A DNA stretch of 64,000 bases from Blasia pusilla (GCA_050084515.1 CM114271.1:47182001-47246000); one strand, 5' to 3'; positions 1 to 15,086 are shown, counted from the first letter of the stretch. The notes: generated by a model from the sequence alone, not told the origin. Numbers and translations are program-made.

Positions 1-2616
1 TTTTCCCTACTGATTATCAGGTCAAGTACATTGACAACTTAGGTATGGTTCCAGCCTTTTGGGAATAGGGAGTTACAAGACGGAAAATTCAAACCCTTAT
101 TAGCCCAGGTTAAATTTGGGACGCTAAGTTCGGTGGGCTCAACAAGGATGCCCAAGCTTCATGTGCATTTTTCAGCTTTTGCAGTCATTGTACATTATTT
201 AGCATTTTTTGCATCCTACTTCTTACTTACATTTTGAAGTCATTGTACACCAGACATCCAGAAGGAGGTTCTCAAGTCCAAGAATCTTGATTTCAAAGAG
301 ACTTCATTGATACAGAAGGATGCGTCTAGGATGTTCAACCTTGTGTCCGACGGCATTAGGCTTGATCAACTGCGTGTCTTAAGACACCAGATGCAGTTAC
401 CACTCTCCATGTTGCTAGATTTAACTTCATCTAAATCAACTCATCTAATAGATCGCATGAAGTCAACACAAGATGTTGGCCAACAACCAGAATTTGATCC
501 TCTCCCCATTGATGTTGACAATGCTAGCCATTTCCCTACTCTGCATGATTTCGATGATGTCCAGTGCTGCCATCTGATACTACAATTCATCCTACACCAT
601 CTGGTGAACAGGTTGTCCATAATCTTACTGCTGTTAAACCAAACACAGATGTTGTTGATTTTGTTTCTACTCTATACTCTCCAAGCAAGAGGAAATGCAC
701 ATGATCAAACAATGCATGGTATGTACAATTTCGCATTGTCATTTCTTATAATCATCTATGGATTTTTTTTTTCTATCTTGATCGCCACAACTCCTATTGA
801 CTCTAATTTCTGCTTACTTTGCAAATCCACCTTCTGCCACAAACTCACCAAGCCCTCCTCTATCCCTTTAATTTTCATCTACCCCACAAGTTTTTCCGGC
901 ATTTATGCACTCAATTATCTCCATTGCAACTATGAGATTTGATCCAAATTTTGTATTTGGATCTATTATCTACAATATAACTTCTTTCTGCCATATTTCT
1001 ATGCATTAATCTATTTGATCTCTTGATTTTTTGCTTACTCTGTTCACATGTGTATTGTTCTATTCATTAACTCCTATGGTGATTTTATTGACCTTTTTGC
1101 ATGTTGCCTTGTCTCTCCAACCAATTGGCTTCTGGATTTTTATTCTAGGTGAATCTTATTGCAATTCTCTTGTTATGATGAATTTTATGTTCATGCCAAT
1201 ATGCATTTCAGGCTACTCTTTATTCTTGAACCTTCATGAGTATTGCTTTCTTTCCTTCATTCTTATTTTTTTCCTGAGTTTTTCAATTCTTACTCGCTGA
1301 TCAATACTCTACCCAATTCTGAAATTTTGATGTAGGCTTGGGCAAATATTCACGATCCTCATTCAAATACTCAAACATACATTGGAGATGGTACCAGATG
1401 GGATCACCCCCTGCAAGATTCCCACGACGTGACTATGACTACATTCGTTCAACCTTACATAAGGCCGAAGAGTGCTCAATACATCTATCAACAGAAATTG
1501 TTGTACTCACAAATGTCCTACAACTTGAACAAGATGCCAATAAAGCACATATGGCTAAGTTGAACAATTTGAAAAAGCAACTAGTCGCTGCTAGGTCTTA
1601 GTTCAGAGACTTCTTAGATAGTGTTAAGGTCTATATTAAGAATGATCCCAAGCTTGATGTTCATGCATCTATCATTCAGTCACTTCTCCGATCTTAGTGT
1701 ATTTCAGCATCTGCTTCACCATTTTCCAAAGGCTGCCATTTGAGGATTTTTGGGGTTTGCTATTAACCAACCCCCTCTCCATACCAGAATTGCTTCTTTT
1801 CTAGTTCTCTTTCATTTCAAGCATGATAATGGCTTTTCTTGTATATCGAATATTGTCCTGCAAACAAAGTGTTTCTCCTCCGTCTATCTCCAATGCAATG
1901 TATATTGATGGCAACGCTCAATTAGCTGCTAACTTACTCTCTTATGAAACACAACGTACATCCAACCGTAGTCTTCCCAAGCAGTGGCTCTTATCATCAG
2001 TAGCTTCTCAGGCTTTAACGATGCTTTTAAGTCCCTCATTCACATAAACATCCCCATGAAAATTCCTTTTGCTCGAACTTAGCCGTCATTTACTCTACCT
2101 CAACGGATTTAACCCCACAGATATCTACTACATGTTAAGAATAATAACTCAAAAGATGTTATAAAATCATGCCCACGCTACTCTGATCTAGACCTACAAT
2201 CACTTTGCACATATGGTTCTTTCATATATTTCACGTGTATTTTGAATCCAAGCCGACGTTTAGTAATTACTCATTCCATCTTATCTCTTCCTAGAGATAT
2301 AATTTAAAAGGCAATTAGTCCTTTCCGAAGTCATTTGCACACAAATCAGGCTCGTCATAAATAACCCTCAATAATCAGATTCCCGTCCTTATCTAGTTTG
2401 CTCTAAGCCACACACTCATTATATTATTTAACAAAATATTTGATTTCGGATCCTTAATAACCCCCTCTCTTAATTTTAGGATCTTTTTTAACTTATCTCT
2501 ATTATTATTTGAGGAACGTTTTTCAAATGGTGACAGATGAGTGTTTACCATGTGTCATTTTAAGCTCCATGTGTCATTATCATCATGGCATAATCGGGTG
2601 TTTAAGGTTACTTGGA

Positions 2617-2653
2617 CCATGTGTTGCACGGTCTCTCACAGGTTTTAACTAGT
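2617..2653 (+). mobile_element. Helitron 3' terminus (hairpin + CTAG|T); upstream extent of the element not resolved
   Basis: CCATGTGTTGCACGG imperfect palindrome followed about 17 nt later by CTAG (2649-2652) then T. This matches the plant Helitron 3' signature. A related sequence lies in inverted orientation at 34525-34700. Confidence 0.55.
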
Positions 2654-3864
2654 CACAAATAAATATAGGTAATTATTATCTGATACTTACCCCTTCAATG
2701 AACATATTATTAAAAATATTCATCACAAGAGAGTAATTCTTACATGCTATAATCACTCCGAGTCTATGCAAGAAATAGATCTAGTAATTTTTAATCGACT
2801 CCCATTTATCTAAGGACTAATGTTAGAACATGATTGGCTCAAAAATTGTGTGGTAAAGAGAAAGATGTTGTAAAATCTAAAATCAAAAGTGATGCAGATT
2901 TTTCATATGTAAACATGATCTCTTTTCCTCCTCCAAATTTTACCCTCACAAATGTATGATCCCAAGAGATATATCAAAATCATAATAGTAAAAAGATAGG
3001 ACTATTTTGTCCTATTGATATATTTTAAAAAACAAAGTTGTATGATATGTTGACAATACTAACATGTAGATTAAGAGGAAAATATTTGATGAAAAAGATT
3101 CTTAATTAAAAGTCCAATTGGAAGCTCTCTCATTTTGACTACAAGGGTACTAGCTCACTTTCAATGTGAGAAGGAGAGTTTGTATGAGGACGTTTTTATC
3201 TACTACCCAAGAATATCAAATCGGGAGTGTTGTGCATATTAATAACTGAATATCGAATCGCGAGCATGTATCAATTCCAATGCATGACCTTTTGTAAGCG
3301 TGGATGGCATAAGATGCATGCCATGAAGAAATTTAGAATATGTCGCATATCAAACTTTTGGCACACATGTTTGAGGACACGATATTCGCATTATACGATA
3401 GTGCAACTTGTTGATGTAAAATAATCCATTTTATTATAAACATAAATCTCAAAGGAAGACAGAGATAAGAAAAAACATCCCAAAAATTGGCAAAAAAGGA
3501 AGGAAGCAAGAAATGCAACATGATATTACAAGAACCACAAGGATATTGCTCTAAAAACTTATGTGAGTGTTCATTGGGAAACGGATGTTCTACATGCATC
3601 TTCAATTAGCTATCATAATCCTTCAATTCTTCTTAGAGGCTAATTCACAAGAATTAGACAAAAGGATATCCCTCTCAAAGGATTGTGCTTATCTAAGGAA
3701 GCTAAATTCCCAAATCATTTAGGTAACACACTACTAATAATGATTGTCCAATTTCAAGTTTTTTTTTCTTCATTATAGCTTGCAGTGTTCTTTATGGTGT
3801 GGGCTACCACAAGGAGTCTGACACACCAGGATTTGAGCTCTAGGATTCATCTAGTGGCATCCAA

Positions 3865-4040
3865 AGATCTGTGTTGTGAATGCAAAGTGTGACTGTGTAG
3901 AAACTTTCCTTAGAATCTGATTGATAACAAGGAGAGTCAACATGGTAGGAATTTGACAAGCGAGTTATGACTTGATTTGCTGATTGTGTACATACTGAAA
4001 TCATGGATGGATAAGCCGATGCTAGTTCTGGCTTTGTACA
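3865..4040 (+). repeat. Dispersed repeat fragment, homologous to 7725-7908 in a FAAH intron
   Basis: GATCTGTGTTGTGA.TGCAA.GTGTGACTGTGTAGAA...CTGAAATCATGGATGG...GATGCTAGTTCTG.CTTTGTACAAG is present at both loci. Confidence 0.75.
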
Positions 4041-4567
4041 AGGAGATACTTTTGCAGGTCAATCTTTTTCTCGCATAGCACTCCTCTCCCCAGTTTTCCG
4101 CATTTGGGAATCTTTGGGAACATATTAACTTCCTCACTTTGAAAGTGATAGGTTCTATTGACATTCTTGCATAAATTCACTACGCCTCTACTTGCATAAA
4201 CCATACACTCTCTATCCCTATAATTGTTCACGTGAATGATAGCTCTTTCTTTGACATATGAACTTGCCGCAACTATCGAATACCACCTTCACTATTAGGC
4301 TTCCCAATTCACAATCAAACTGCCCATCTCTCATCTTGGCAATTGCCCAAATTAGCTTAAGAAGAAGAAGGAATGTGTACAAGTACTAATATTTTCCTCC
4401 ACAGTTTCACCCTTGTGTATGGTTTCTATATAATGCCAACACTATAGTCCTCCCACATTGATCTTCACCCTATGATTGTCTAGTACAATGAATTTTGGGG
4501 TTTGGAAAGTGAAATCAGATTTTTGTTTAGAAACCGACTCCATCAATGATGGCGAGGTATCACCTAT

Positions 4568-7500
4568 TTATCGAAGAAGATCATAGAACACCTGAGGTCG
4601 TTTCCTTAACGATGAGCACAATCCCTGCACAACAACCATAATATCAATCCGTCAATTTGCATGTAAGTATACATACATATACATACTAGTAATCATATTG
4701 CTCTTGGTGGATATAGAGTCTAAGAAAAGCATGCCAAAGGCTACCACAAGAGAGCAAGGAAAATACCTCCTAGAAATTCCAATAATCTAATTCATTGATT
4801 GCTTTTCAAAGGATGTTGTGTGGTAGTCCTCTTGTGACTCCATCACCTTCCTGTGGGACGTGCAAATTGATCGAGCTTTCTATCGAGCTTGGAAATGGAA
4901 GACATCAACTGGTTTCGTCGGGAGTTTGCAGGTGAAAGACATCCTCATGGAATCTTGCGAGTCTAGAATGGAAGACATGAACATGTGGATACCTCGATGG
5001 CTGAAGCTACTCGCAGCAATGTAGCTTCCTCCCAAGGACGCCCAATAAGCTGAAGACCGATTGGCAGCCCTTTGGAATCATGACCAACCTATAGAACACA
5101 CACATAATCAACCTCCAAAGTTATAGCACCTCATTTCTGCTCAAAGCTTACTTGACACTCACTTGTTTACACCTCACTCAATTGCACAAAAGAGGAAGAA
5201 AAAAGATGACCATCATCAATTTCCCAGCCATAACCTTCTTTCCTTTCAAGAAACCTTTGAAAACCTTTGATAATAATCAGATGGTCATGCACACGTAAAC
5301 TCAATGACTTTAGCTCAACAGAATTATTCAATCAATCATTCAAGGGGTGCCCACCGCACATCAATTGAATGAACTAGATCACAAATGAACAAGCCCATAC
5401 CGGAACACTCAAGCATGGAAGGCCGAGAAGATTCCCATGTAGTGCAAAGCGCATAAGGCTTCCTGAAACATCCACAATTTGTCAATGAAGTAAGTGTTCT
5501 ATTCATTAAGTCCCATTTTTTATTCACCGCCTCCGATCAGGGACCATTTCCATCTCCACCCTGCGAGTGCCCCAAATCCCCCATTGCCCATCCACCTTCA
5601 GTTGTTACCTACTTCCTTCTATGCTATCCAAGCAAAACCATTAAATCTTCCCCTATGGACCTCTTTCCATCGCCGTTTTCTTGCCCATGAGTGCCTTTTA
5701 CCTTGGTGTTTACAAACATCTCTTAAGAGCACTCTGGGAAGAGAAATAAATGACCAAATGAATTTGCACACATCCTGGAGACCACCAAAGTTTCTTGAGG
5801 TGCCAAAAGAGTTCCTATCCACGCCATTCGAAGAGAATTACATGACATACCTGTTTTTTCAAGATCACTTTCACCATATTTGAGAGAATCGGGGTTCACA
5901 AGTGGGGCCGTCATGCTGCGTGACATAAAACCCGTAGCCAAAGAATTGTTGGTGAGTGCCATTTGGGGCTACCAATGAAGAGTTGTTCAGCACAACCTAG
6001 GTCTAACTAACTATTAGGGGTATCAAGATTCTTCAACAAACTTAGTTCTACTTGGCGACCATTCTTGTGTCTTTATGATTCTCACCATAGCTCTATCCAC
6101 CTACTTCAAGTTTATTTCCCATTTGTGGGTACTTCTTGTCTTAAATATCTTTCTTCAGCTTAAAAATGTTTAATCTCTACTCTGGAAATGCTTCCAAACA
6201 GTTGGGCAATATCACTTGCTTTAAATTCCCAATCTATTATGTTTAATCTCCAATTTAGGGTAAGTCACCTTATCAGACTGGAGTCAGACTCCTATTTGGA
6301 AGATCTAAGAAAAGATATTGACCACTGCTCGGCAATAAGTCTTCCTCTGGAAGCAGAATTGTGTGCTACATTTCAGAGGTCTACTGAGGACTGATGATGA
6401 GAACCCAGGCGTCTCTGGATTACTAGCTCTCCTGTGGAGTGATCAGGAAAGACGAGACTGCACACCTTAAATTGTGCCTGTTGTAGCCTTGCTCCCGTAG
6501 GCCCATGCCCAGGTCAGACGGTGCTGAGACTGGGATGTGAGCAAGGGTAGGAAGAGTGAAGAAAGTATTGTGTATTACAATAGTGCTTAGGATATGTGGT
6601 GTTGGTGCAGAGCTTCTGGGTAGCAACAAAGAAACCCTTTTCAACACAATCAACCTTACCTGATTGGGATATCTCTCAATAATGTTTCTTGCCAGTGCAG
6701 CAGATTTTGACAATGAATCTACGCTACTGAATGTGCCGAAGAGCTCTGGTGGTACCAGCTTAGCAAAGTCCGCCTAGGCTATTGCTCTTTGTGTCGTAAA
6801 TTTCCAACAAGAGACCAGATCTGGGAGGAGGAAACTCTACTCATCAAAGGCAGAAAGGTCTACTCTGGGACTAGGAGAGTTAAGCAAGGTCAACTGTTTC
6901 TTTACACTGAAATTTTCATTGGATCAGATGTTACCTTTGGGCTTGCACTTAAATTCCCATATCTAATTTCTCATCACTAAAAGCACAGTTCCAGATTTCT
7001 ATTCGAGCTCCTTTGCTAACAGTCATTTTGGTCATGAAACAAAGCAACTATTCATGCAAAACAGAGATTTCTTGCAAGCTTCTCTCGAGGAACCAAACCT
7101 GAGGTACTCACGCTGTAGTAGGAGTAACAATGATGTCCACCAACTTGAAGACCTCGGTAAAGTAATACATTTGTCTTCTTCTGCACACACGTACTCCACA
7201 AACACAAGACCAATAATGTAAGTCCTTCAACTCAGGCACAAGATGGGGAGGTATGTGTTGAAATTTGTTAATATCTAATTTAGTGATGCCCTAAAAATAG
7301 TTAGTCAAATACTAACTTAGCTGGATACTAACTTAGTGCTGGAGATAACTTAGTGCTCCTCTATCTTTTTAGGGTAATCTCGAATTAGGGCAAGCCACCA
7401 TCCGATATTTAGGGTATGGATCTGTTCAAGAAGATCTAGGACCAGAGATGCTCACCCTCATGTACATCTTGTCTCTGCTTAGAGTCAGAAGGTAATTCTA

Positions 7501-10500
7501 CAGTATGCATAGCTTTTGGTGAGGACTCCTGAGGCTCTTAGTCTGTAGTGCAGCACTGCCCCTGCTGCAGAGTGATCTGAGAGAAGGAAGAGGAGATTGA
7601 GACTAAGTTCTGTGTTTGCTAGAGCCTCACTGGAAGGCAGGTCGTTTTGTCTAGATAGCTGATGGAGATTGTTTGTGCTCAGTGATGTGAGCCATGTGTG
7701 ATCTCTGAGCTGGTGGCATGTGAGGATCTGTGTTGTGAGTGCAAGGTGTGACTGTGTAGAATCCTTCTTAGTATCTGATAGATAATAAGGAGAGTCACAT
7801 CATGGTAGGGCTCTGATTTGGCAATAGAGTTAGAAACTGATTTGCTGATTGTATACAAGCTGAAATCATGGATGGTTTAGCTGATGCTAGTTCTGACTTT
7901 GTACAAGTATGAACTAGCATCAGTATGAACCTGAATTTGACGTCAATTGGTCAAATGAAGCATTTTGGGTGTGCACCCATAGGTTGGGGATTTCAGATCT
8001 CAAAAGGGTATTTCTGTCACTCATTCTTGGTCAGTTGTGGCCATGCTCATGCTGAAATCCTCCAGTCCCCCTTATTGCCTTCTGGATGGGCTCTTCCGAG
8101 CTTCCTTTTCTTACTGGAAGCTTTTCCTATATCTATGACATGCAGTGTCGTGCTCCTGGAGGACTTACAATACATGGAGGAACATCCTAGATCATCTTGC
8201 AGATACAAAGCAAAAAAGACAGACGAAACCTTTCTTTGTTACATGCCAAACCCTCAAAAGTAAGACGAGGGCCTCCAGAAGCCAAAACGTGTGTACCTTG
8301 GCAATTCTTGGACATTCTGCACCTTTTAATGGGAATGCAGATACTTGCAAGGAGACGCATGTATGACTGGATTCAAGCATCCAACACAATAGCCTCCATA
8401 GACAAGCCAGCTGGAAAAAAATCTTATGACAACTGACCTCAAGCGTTGAGCTGCAATGTAGTGAGTGGAGCTGATGACATTGAACAGAGCAAGATTGAGT
8501 CGAGGCTCATGACCCATTTCCGTTTTTCTGCAGCAGCGTATGGAAACCATCAAATAAACCTCAATTTTTCCTGAAGTACTGAATGTCATTTCACTGGTTG
8601 TGTATCATATGCCCAGAACTTCATCACCATACCATCTCTTGCCTTCCTGACTACTACAATAATCCAATCAACATCGAGGTCGCAATGTCTGAGAACTAAC
8701 CATAGGCCTCATACCACCACAAACTCAACGGAGTTTCCACTAACTCAAATAATAAATGGTTCTACCCAAAGGCATACATTCAATGACCAACGAACATTAA
8801 AGTTCGGTCGGGAACTACTTACACAAAGTTGTAGTGGGCACTCAAGGAAGATATATATTCCCCACCCACTGTAGCTGTGTGAGCAGTTCTCACATCCAAT
8901 AACTCTGGCAACACAACTTCTCTGATCTGCAAATAATAGAACTCTTCAACTGAGAGGATTGATATCTTGCAAGCTTCTTGAGCAAAGCTTTCTCTTGCTT
9001 TAGATAGTTGGTTCAAAGCTAAACCGCTAGATGATTAACTTAAATGAGAGCACTAGTAACTCCAATCTGATTCAGAGAGCTATCACTTGCTCTTTCTGGA
9101 ATATGTATATCCAATCTGCTCATGATCTCATCGTCTGAAGAAACAATCATGGATGCTATTAACATCTACAGAAAGGAAGAATCATCAAATACCTCGGTTC
9201 CAAAACCTTCATTCAAGAGGTCCAAGCTCTTTTCACACACTTCTGCCACTTCCGAATCCAGGACGTCCTTGAACCACTGCAAACATATTCAGATTCTGAT
9301 GTGTTACCCAGTTGTAAACTGTACGGCCACTCTTACAGTCAAGTTGGTAGCTACCCAAGAGAAAAACAAGAGACGAAGCCCATGACATGGTACACTTACA
9401 AGAGTATACTTGCCAATCTTTAGTTGAGCAAGAGCAGACCGTGGGTCATCTTTGAAGTTGGGAACACAGGGTGGAAGCTGCAGTAGGAAAGAGAACTGAC
9501 CTCAGTGTAAGACAATAATCTCAGAAAAAAATCATTATCAAGGTCACTTGTGACATTGATAATGAAACCTGCTAGCCTGAACAACTTGCTTTCGTGAAGT
9601 GGGGATGCCAGATAAATACTGGCATTTGAGGATGAAAATGAAAATGAAAATGCGACAGGAGAGTGTTTCAGTGAGAGCAGGAGAAAGAGTGAGAGCTGAG
9701 CTTGAAAAGACGAGCGCAAGGAACCCAAGCCTGAGGAACGCAAGCCACAAGCGGCAGAGCGAGGAGGTTGAAGATTCCATTGCTACAACTAGACAGAGTA
9801 ACTTGATTTCGTGACACAGGGACCTTTGGTACTTTAAAGAATCTCAACTTCAAAGTAGAGAAACACACATATAACAGAATTAGACAATTCCAAAGCCAGT
9901 ACGGCCAAGAGTAAAAGTTAGATGGAAATCTGTGCACACAAACAACGTCCATGGTGTGGTAGGCCTCAAGCTTTTAAGTCAAGCATAAGCAAAATCAGAG
10001 CTTTTATATTTAGATTCCCATGCCCAGTTCTAAGTAAAGATAAGTATATGCCAACAAGGTGATACAATAGACTCTGATGTGTAGAAATTGCTGAGCTTGA
10101 CTTACTGGTCTGGAATGCAGTATATCAGTTGGGAGTGAACCAAGAAAGGCTGCATACCTGAACGAAGTAGAACAAACAAGACCATGAAGATCAGCACCAA
10201 AAATTTGCAAAAACAATAAAATGACTTTGAACAACAATTCACCATAGTGATTGCGACAAAACTGAAAACTCTGCAATCAATTTGTGTCAGCAGCTCATCA
10301 GATGTCAATCCCATGCCTCTTTGACACGAAACATCCTCTGTGCCCTTCCCTTAATTCTAAATCTACACTCCTTGAAAGCAGGATGAGGGAAGCAATCACC
10401 ACAAAGCTAAGGGAACAAATTATGGTTACATACAGAAGTGTCAGATCCTCTACATTTGCCGCTATTGGTCCCACTGATTCCATCGTCCAACCCACTGTCG

Positions 10501-13500
10501 ACACCCTGCACGGCAAGTTTTGCGTTAGATACCAAAATTGCTTGAGTCCAAGCCTTCCGTGAAAGGGGATTCCAGAAGAACAGGTACATTTTCAAAAGGT
10601 CTGTGCCCCTATGCATACAGAATTCGTTTGGAATCTACAAATGTGACACCTCACAGCTTTGAGAAACTTGGGAGATGATGACTACCAAATGCTATTTGCA
10701 GTCCATTCCATGATGTCTACTATCGCAATGTTCTTCACTTTGTCTTCTGGATTCTGAGAAAGTTTTTACGAGATTTCTATGCGAGTTGAAGTGTAGTTTA
10801 TAAGTGTATACCCTTCAAGAGTTGTTCGACCAACAGTAACTTTCAAACCAGAAGTTCCACATAGACCTGAGGGTATCCGAATAGACCCTGAAAATAGAAA
10901 GACCAATATACACAATTAGTCCACACTCATATAGGTGTGTAAAGGATATAAACAGAATGGGAGGAGGTTTTTGTTACTCCACAACATTCTTAAAGCTGAA
11001 GATTCGACATCATGAAAGATAAGATAACATGTCAAGACTTCAGGATCTAGACATTGGTGATGTTTGATTAACCAGACACCAGCTCCCACACTTACCTCCA
11101 ACATCAGTTCCCAAGGCTCCAGAACACAAACCAGCTGCAACAAGACCACAAGAACCTGCAGAGGATCCTCCTGTGTGTCGCTGGGGATCATGAGGGTTTC
11201 TGATAACTCTGTGTGACAAATAAAAAATACCCATGATTAAAAGGGATACTCGTGTGAGAATCCCGTTTGAGCAGATTCCCTACGTTGCCCGATCAAGTAT
11301 GACCAAGCATGCCAGCTCAACAATCCTGGTCTTAATTTTCCTTTAGTAAGGATTAATGATATGAAGGGCATCCGCTTGGAGAGATACGGGTTTCTACGGG
11401 TTTCATATAGTTGCTGGCTATGAGTCGTACCCATAATGTGAATTGTGGCCAGTGACACCCAGTCCAAGCTCATTCATGTTAGCTTTGCCAACAAACACAA
11501 CACCTGCCTTCCGGAGTCTGGATACACACTCAGCATCTTCTTTGACTTCTCTCACTTTCTGCAGCCATTTCGACCCTCCTGCAAACAATCTACCCACAGT
11601 CAGCTCAATTAAAGTATCAGGCCAAATCTCAATGCTCTAAATTTTACAGAGTTTCAAATTGATGGTTTCATTTCGGAGTAGTGAACAACCCGTTTTAATT
11701 GCCTACTCCTTCCCATAATTGCCCCCTCACTCCCTAGTCCCTCAAGTTCCCTAGTAAATTTGACAATTTTGTCTCTTAGTGGATTATGCACTTTCAATCA
11801 ATAGTATATGTATATATAATTAAATAAAAGCAGCAGATAATCATATTCAGAAGTAATACCAGTGCTTGGGTGTGGGCAACAATCAATATCATCTTTCACT
11901 GCAAGCAAGATGCCGTCAAGTATTGATATACTCTTCCCTGAATGGATGAACAGCCCACTGTCAATTCATGAAGAAATGTAGCCAGATAAGGTAGCACAAA
12001 ACTTGCTAATAAGACACACCTTAACCTTGATCAATCTTTCATAATAATTTTTAAACAACAAAAAATCTTCGGTATCACTGACACTTCTTGATATAGAGCA
12101 GAGGACATGCTCACTGTGAGTCTCAATGCAACTGGTTTGTGACATTAAGGTTGTGGCAACAATGGCTCCATGTCAATCAAGACTTATTTCAACTTGTACA
12201 TCTGAAATATGTCCTGGTCGCAATTGGGTTCAAGAAGACACAGGAGGATGGGTATCTCTTGCCACTGAAATTTATGTTCATAGAGAGGTTTGGTTGTATT
12301 CTGCATATTTATAGAAGTTGATTGCTCATGGAATCAATGCGAAAAGCAGCGTATATCTATAGCAACCTGTAGCATGACGTCCAGTTGAAGCAGCAGCTTG
12401 CTTGCGCAGATCATCTGGCTTGAATGATATTAAGAAGTTCATCGGAGGACTACGCTTTTGCGAATCTTCGATAGCCGTTATAAAGCGCTCAGCTACCTGC
12501 ACCAAAGACACTCAACGTTAAGAATCATCCTTAAATCAAGGAGTCCGGGAATAAGCCAAAACCTATCTACATCGTGTCACTTCCTGCAAAGGTAGAGTCT
12601 CACCTCAGAAGGAGTGACGTGCCCGAACTTATAGGCCTCCGCATAGTCCCTTATTGTCCAGTACAAAAAAGGGTAGTCCGAGGCCATCTTTTGTTGCAGA
12701 GACGCCGGAGGTGGGGCCAGATACTCCAAAGCTGACTGCACCCGGGATGTAGAGGGCCCATCTTCATCCAATTGTACAACATCCACCTCAGTAACCTCTG
12801 TCAACACCCCAGTTCCTTGAATGAATACTTTTGAACAGATATGCTTGATATATGTTAATACCACAAAGAATGTCTACAGAGTTCATATTATTTCTTTCGT
12901 TTTACGCATAAGATAACTTGATTGGAAACCACCACACACTCTCCTCAGAGCTCAGGTTGGTCTGTGAGCCAATCGCACCAGTGGGAGGTAGCGCTTACTC
13001 AGTGCAGGATACTCTGGATAGAACATTGGCGCATCAGGAATCACTGAATCTTTGAGCACCTGAAATAAATTCAAGAACCTCTCTCAGCCCCAGATACCAG
13101 AAAACAAAATCCATCTCAAGTGTCTTGAAGCAATACACTCCATGTTCTTCCCAGTTGTCCTCAACATGGAAATTAGATACTGACAACAGGCTCAGTCCTT
13201 GAACCTGACAACAATCAAATAATTTGCGAGCAGAGCCATATATGTCTAGCATCCCTATGCTCTAGGTGTCAGAGACAAGACCCTAAATCTGTTGCCCACT
13301 TTTCATTAGCAACCTAACTGATGTTTGCACCACCCTTCCTATAACTATTGATTCCTGAACACTGTAATCGCCATGAGAAACTGCTGGAAACAACTGCAAG
13401 ATGGACTCAGAGTAATTTTGATGTACTATTACTTCTAGCCTCTCAAATAAGTATGAAGTACTCAAAGACCATGTGCTAAACTGAATTTTGATTAGCAGAA

Positions 13501-15086
13501 GGACATCACAACATCACAAATTCTGGGCAAAGAAAGGAAGGAAACAAAGAAAAGAAAAAGCTTACAATCCTTTAGTGGAAATTAGTTTTTGCAGGCACGA
13601 CTTCAGTAGACAGTAACTGTGGGAGCTCTGGGAAGAAATTCTGGTGGAACTGTGGGCAGTTCAAGGATTGGATTTTAGACTGAACACAAATGGGGACAAC
13701 CAGGTGCTATTCAGCAATGCCACAAAGGAGCACGCAGGTCCTCTTAGGGACTCAGAAGCATAGAGCAGTGATCTCAAGTCATAGCACATCTATTCATTGC
13801 AGCTGCAGCACCAATTGCAAGACGATATACAGCAATCTTCATACAATTGCAAGATTAAGAGTACCTCATTGATTTTGTTGCTTTTGAGAATATGATTGAG
13901 CAAGGGAGGTCCGACAATTTTATTTTCTGCTGCCCAAACAAATGCCTTCAGACCCATTCCGGATAGCTTGGGAGCTGCAAGTTCCAACAACAAGAGCATT
14001 ATTATAGTCCTGAAACCCCTTTGTTTAGACCCTTGTCAAATCAAGCAACGGCTACTGCCCAAAAATCCCCTTCAGAATCATTCCTCAAGGCTTGAGCTGC
14101 AAGTTCTGACAAAGAGATCAAATTTTTTAGTCCTGAGCCACTTTCTGTCGACCCCTCCCTGTCAAATCATGCAAAAGCTACTGCCCAAACGAACAACTCC
14201 AAACCCATTCTCAATAGTTTGGGAGGTTCATATTCGTGCAAGAACAAAGTTTTCAGTCCTGAACTACTCTTAGTTTTTGACCTTTGCCTAATCAAACAAC
14301 AGCCACAACTCAAACAAAAGCGGCCAGATTCATTCCTGATACTCTAGAAGCTACATTTTCAGACAACAGCAACACCTTTTTTAGTCCTGAATCGATCTTC
14401 TGTTTCTCACACAAGTCACATCAAGAAACTGCCACTGATCAAAAAATGTCTTCAGCCCATTACCGATAGTTTGGGAGCTGCATTTTCAAACACCACAAAC
14501 GCAATTTGGAGTCCTGAATAACTCTTCCTATCGTTAAATTAAGCAATAGCCACTACCCAAACATGACTAGAGTACAGCCCATGCTTTGCATGGAGTCAAT
14601 ATTCATGCAGTCCCAAAAACCAAGAAAAAGTTTTGTCGTTGTGCGTGCTACTAAAACATTTCTGGTCCCATGTTGATCAAAGAGGTGTTTCCAAACCATT
14701 AAGCTATTCTCGCTTGCCAGTATAGACTCCCCCTACCAGGTGCATACCCAGGCAAGAAGGCCACAATTTTGGACCCCACTTAAATCAAGCAACAACTAAC
14801 TGTTATGTGCATTTCCTAGCCCTCTTCCAGGAGGCGGCTCAAAGTCGAACTCCCCTTGCAATTGTCGTCACTTCAAGCTCATCACCATCTTTCCTTCTTG
14901 TGTTTAGAACGAGTGAGGACAGTGGTTTGCTTCTTTCCATGCTTCGTTAGCCCAGCTAACAAGTACAGCAGCGCAAGTGATACCCGTAGATCGTGAGAAG
15001 CAGGACATACCGAGAATCTTGGGGTTGGAATACGCGTCAGATGCCTTGAGAACATCCTCCACAGGTCGGAGTGTCACTGGCGCCAT
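4568..15086 (-). CDS. FAAH: Fatty acid amide hydrolase (amidase-signature family), 20 exons, 604 aa
   Basis: Hand-spliced exons, all GT-AG and in phase: 15086-15011, 13974-13865, 13059-12999, 12797-12604, 12496-12367, 11937-11860, 11578-11431, 11208-11096, 10887-10812, 10505-10434, 10157-10106, 9477-9400, 9276-9193, 8926-8823, 8527-8438, 7180-7112, 5915-5851, 5462-5401, 5088-4993, 4624-4568 (1815 nt). Motifs: [30 protein letters not shown] (catalytic Lys), [41 protein letters not shown] (nucleophile Ser), [27 protein letters not shown]. Colinear with plant FAAH. Confidence 0.95.
7256..7930. mobile_element. LTR-like repeat remnant in FAAH intron 15
   Basis: Begins TGTTGAAA, is non-coding, and its 3' part is repeated at 3865-4040. 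Right boundary and TSD not resolved. Confidence 0.4.
13930..14560. repeat. Degenerate ~125-bp tandem array (5 copies plus a partial one) spanning the FAAH intron 1 / exon 2 junction
   Basis: Unit CTGCCCAAA...TTCAG..CCATTCC.GATAG.TTGGGAGCTGCA...AGTCCTGAA...TCAAAT.AAGCAA starts near 13930, 14055, 14181, 14305, 14433 and 14551. Confidence 0.8.

Noticed and set aside
307-2047. ORFs 307-942, 1031-1300, 1338-1601 and 1823-2047
   Set aside because: Non-ATG starts or low-complexity translations with no recognisable domain. Probably decayed TE sequence.
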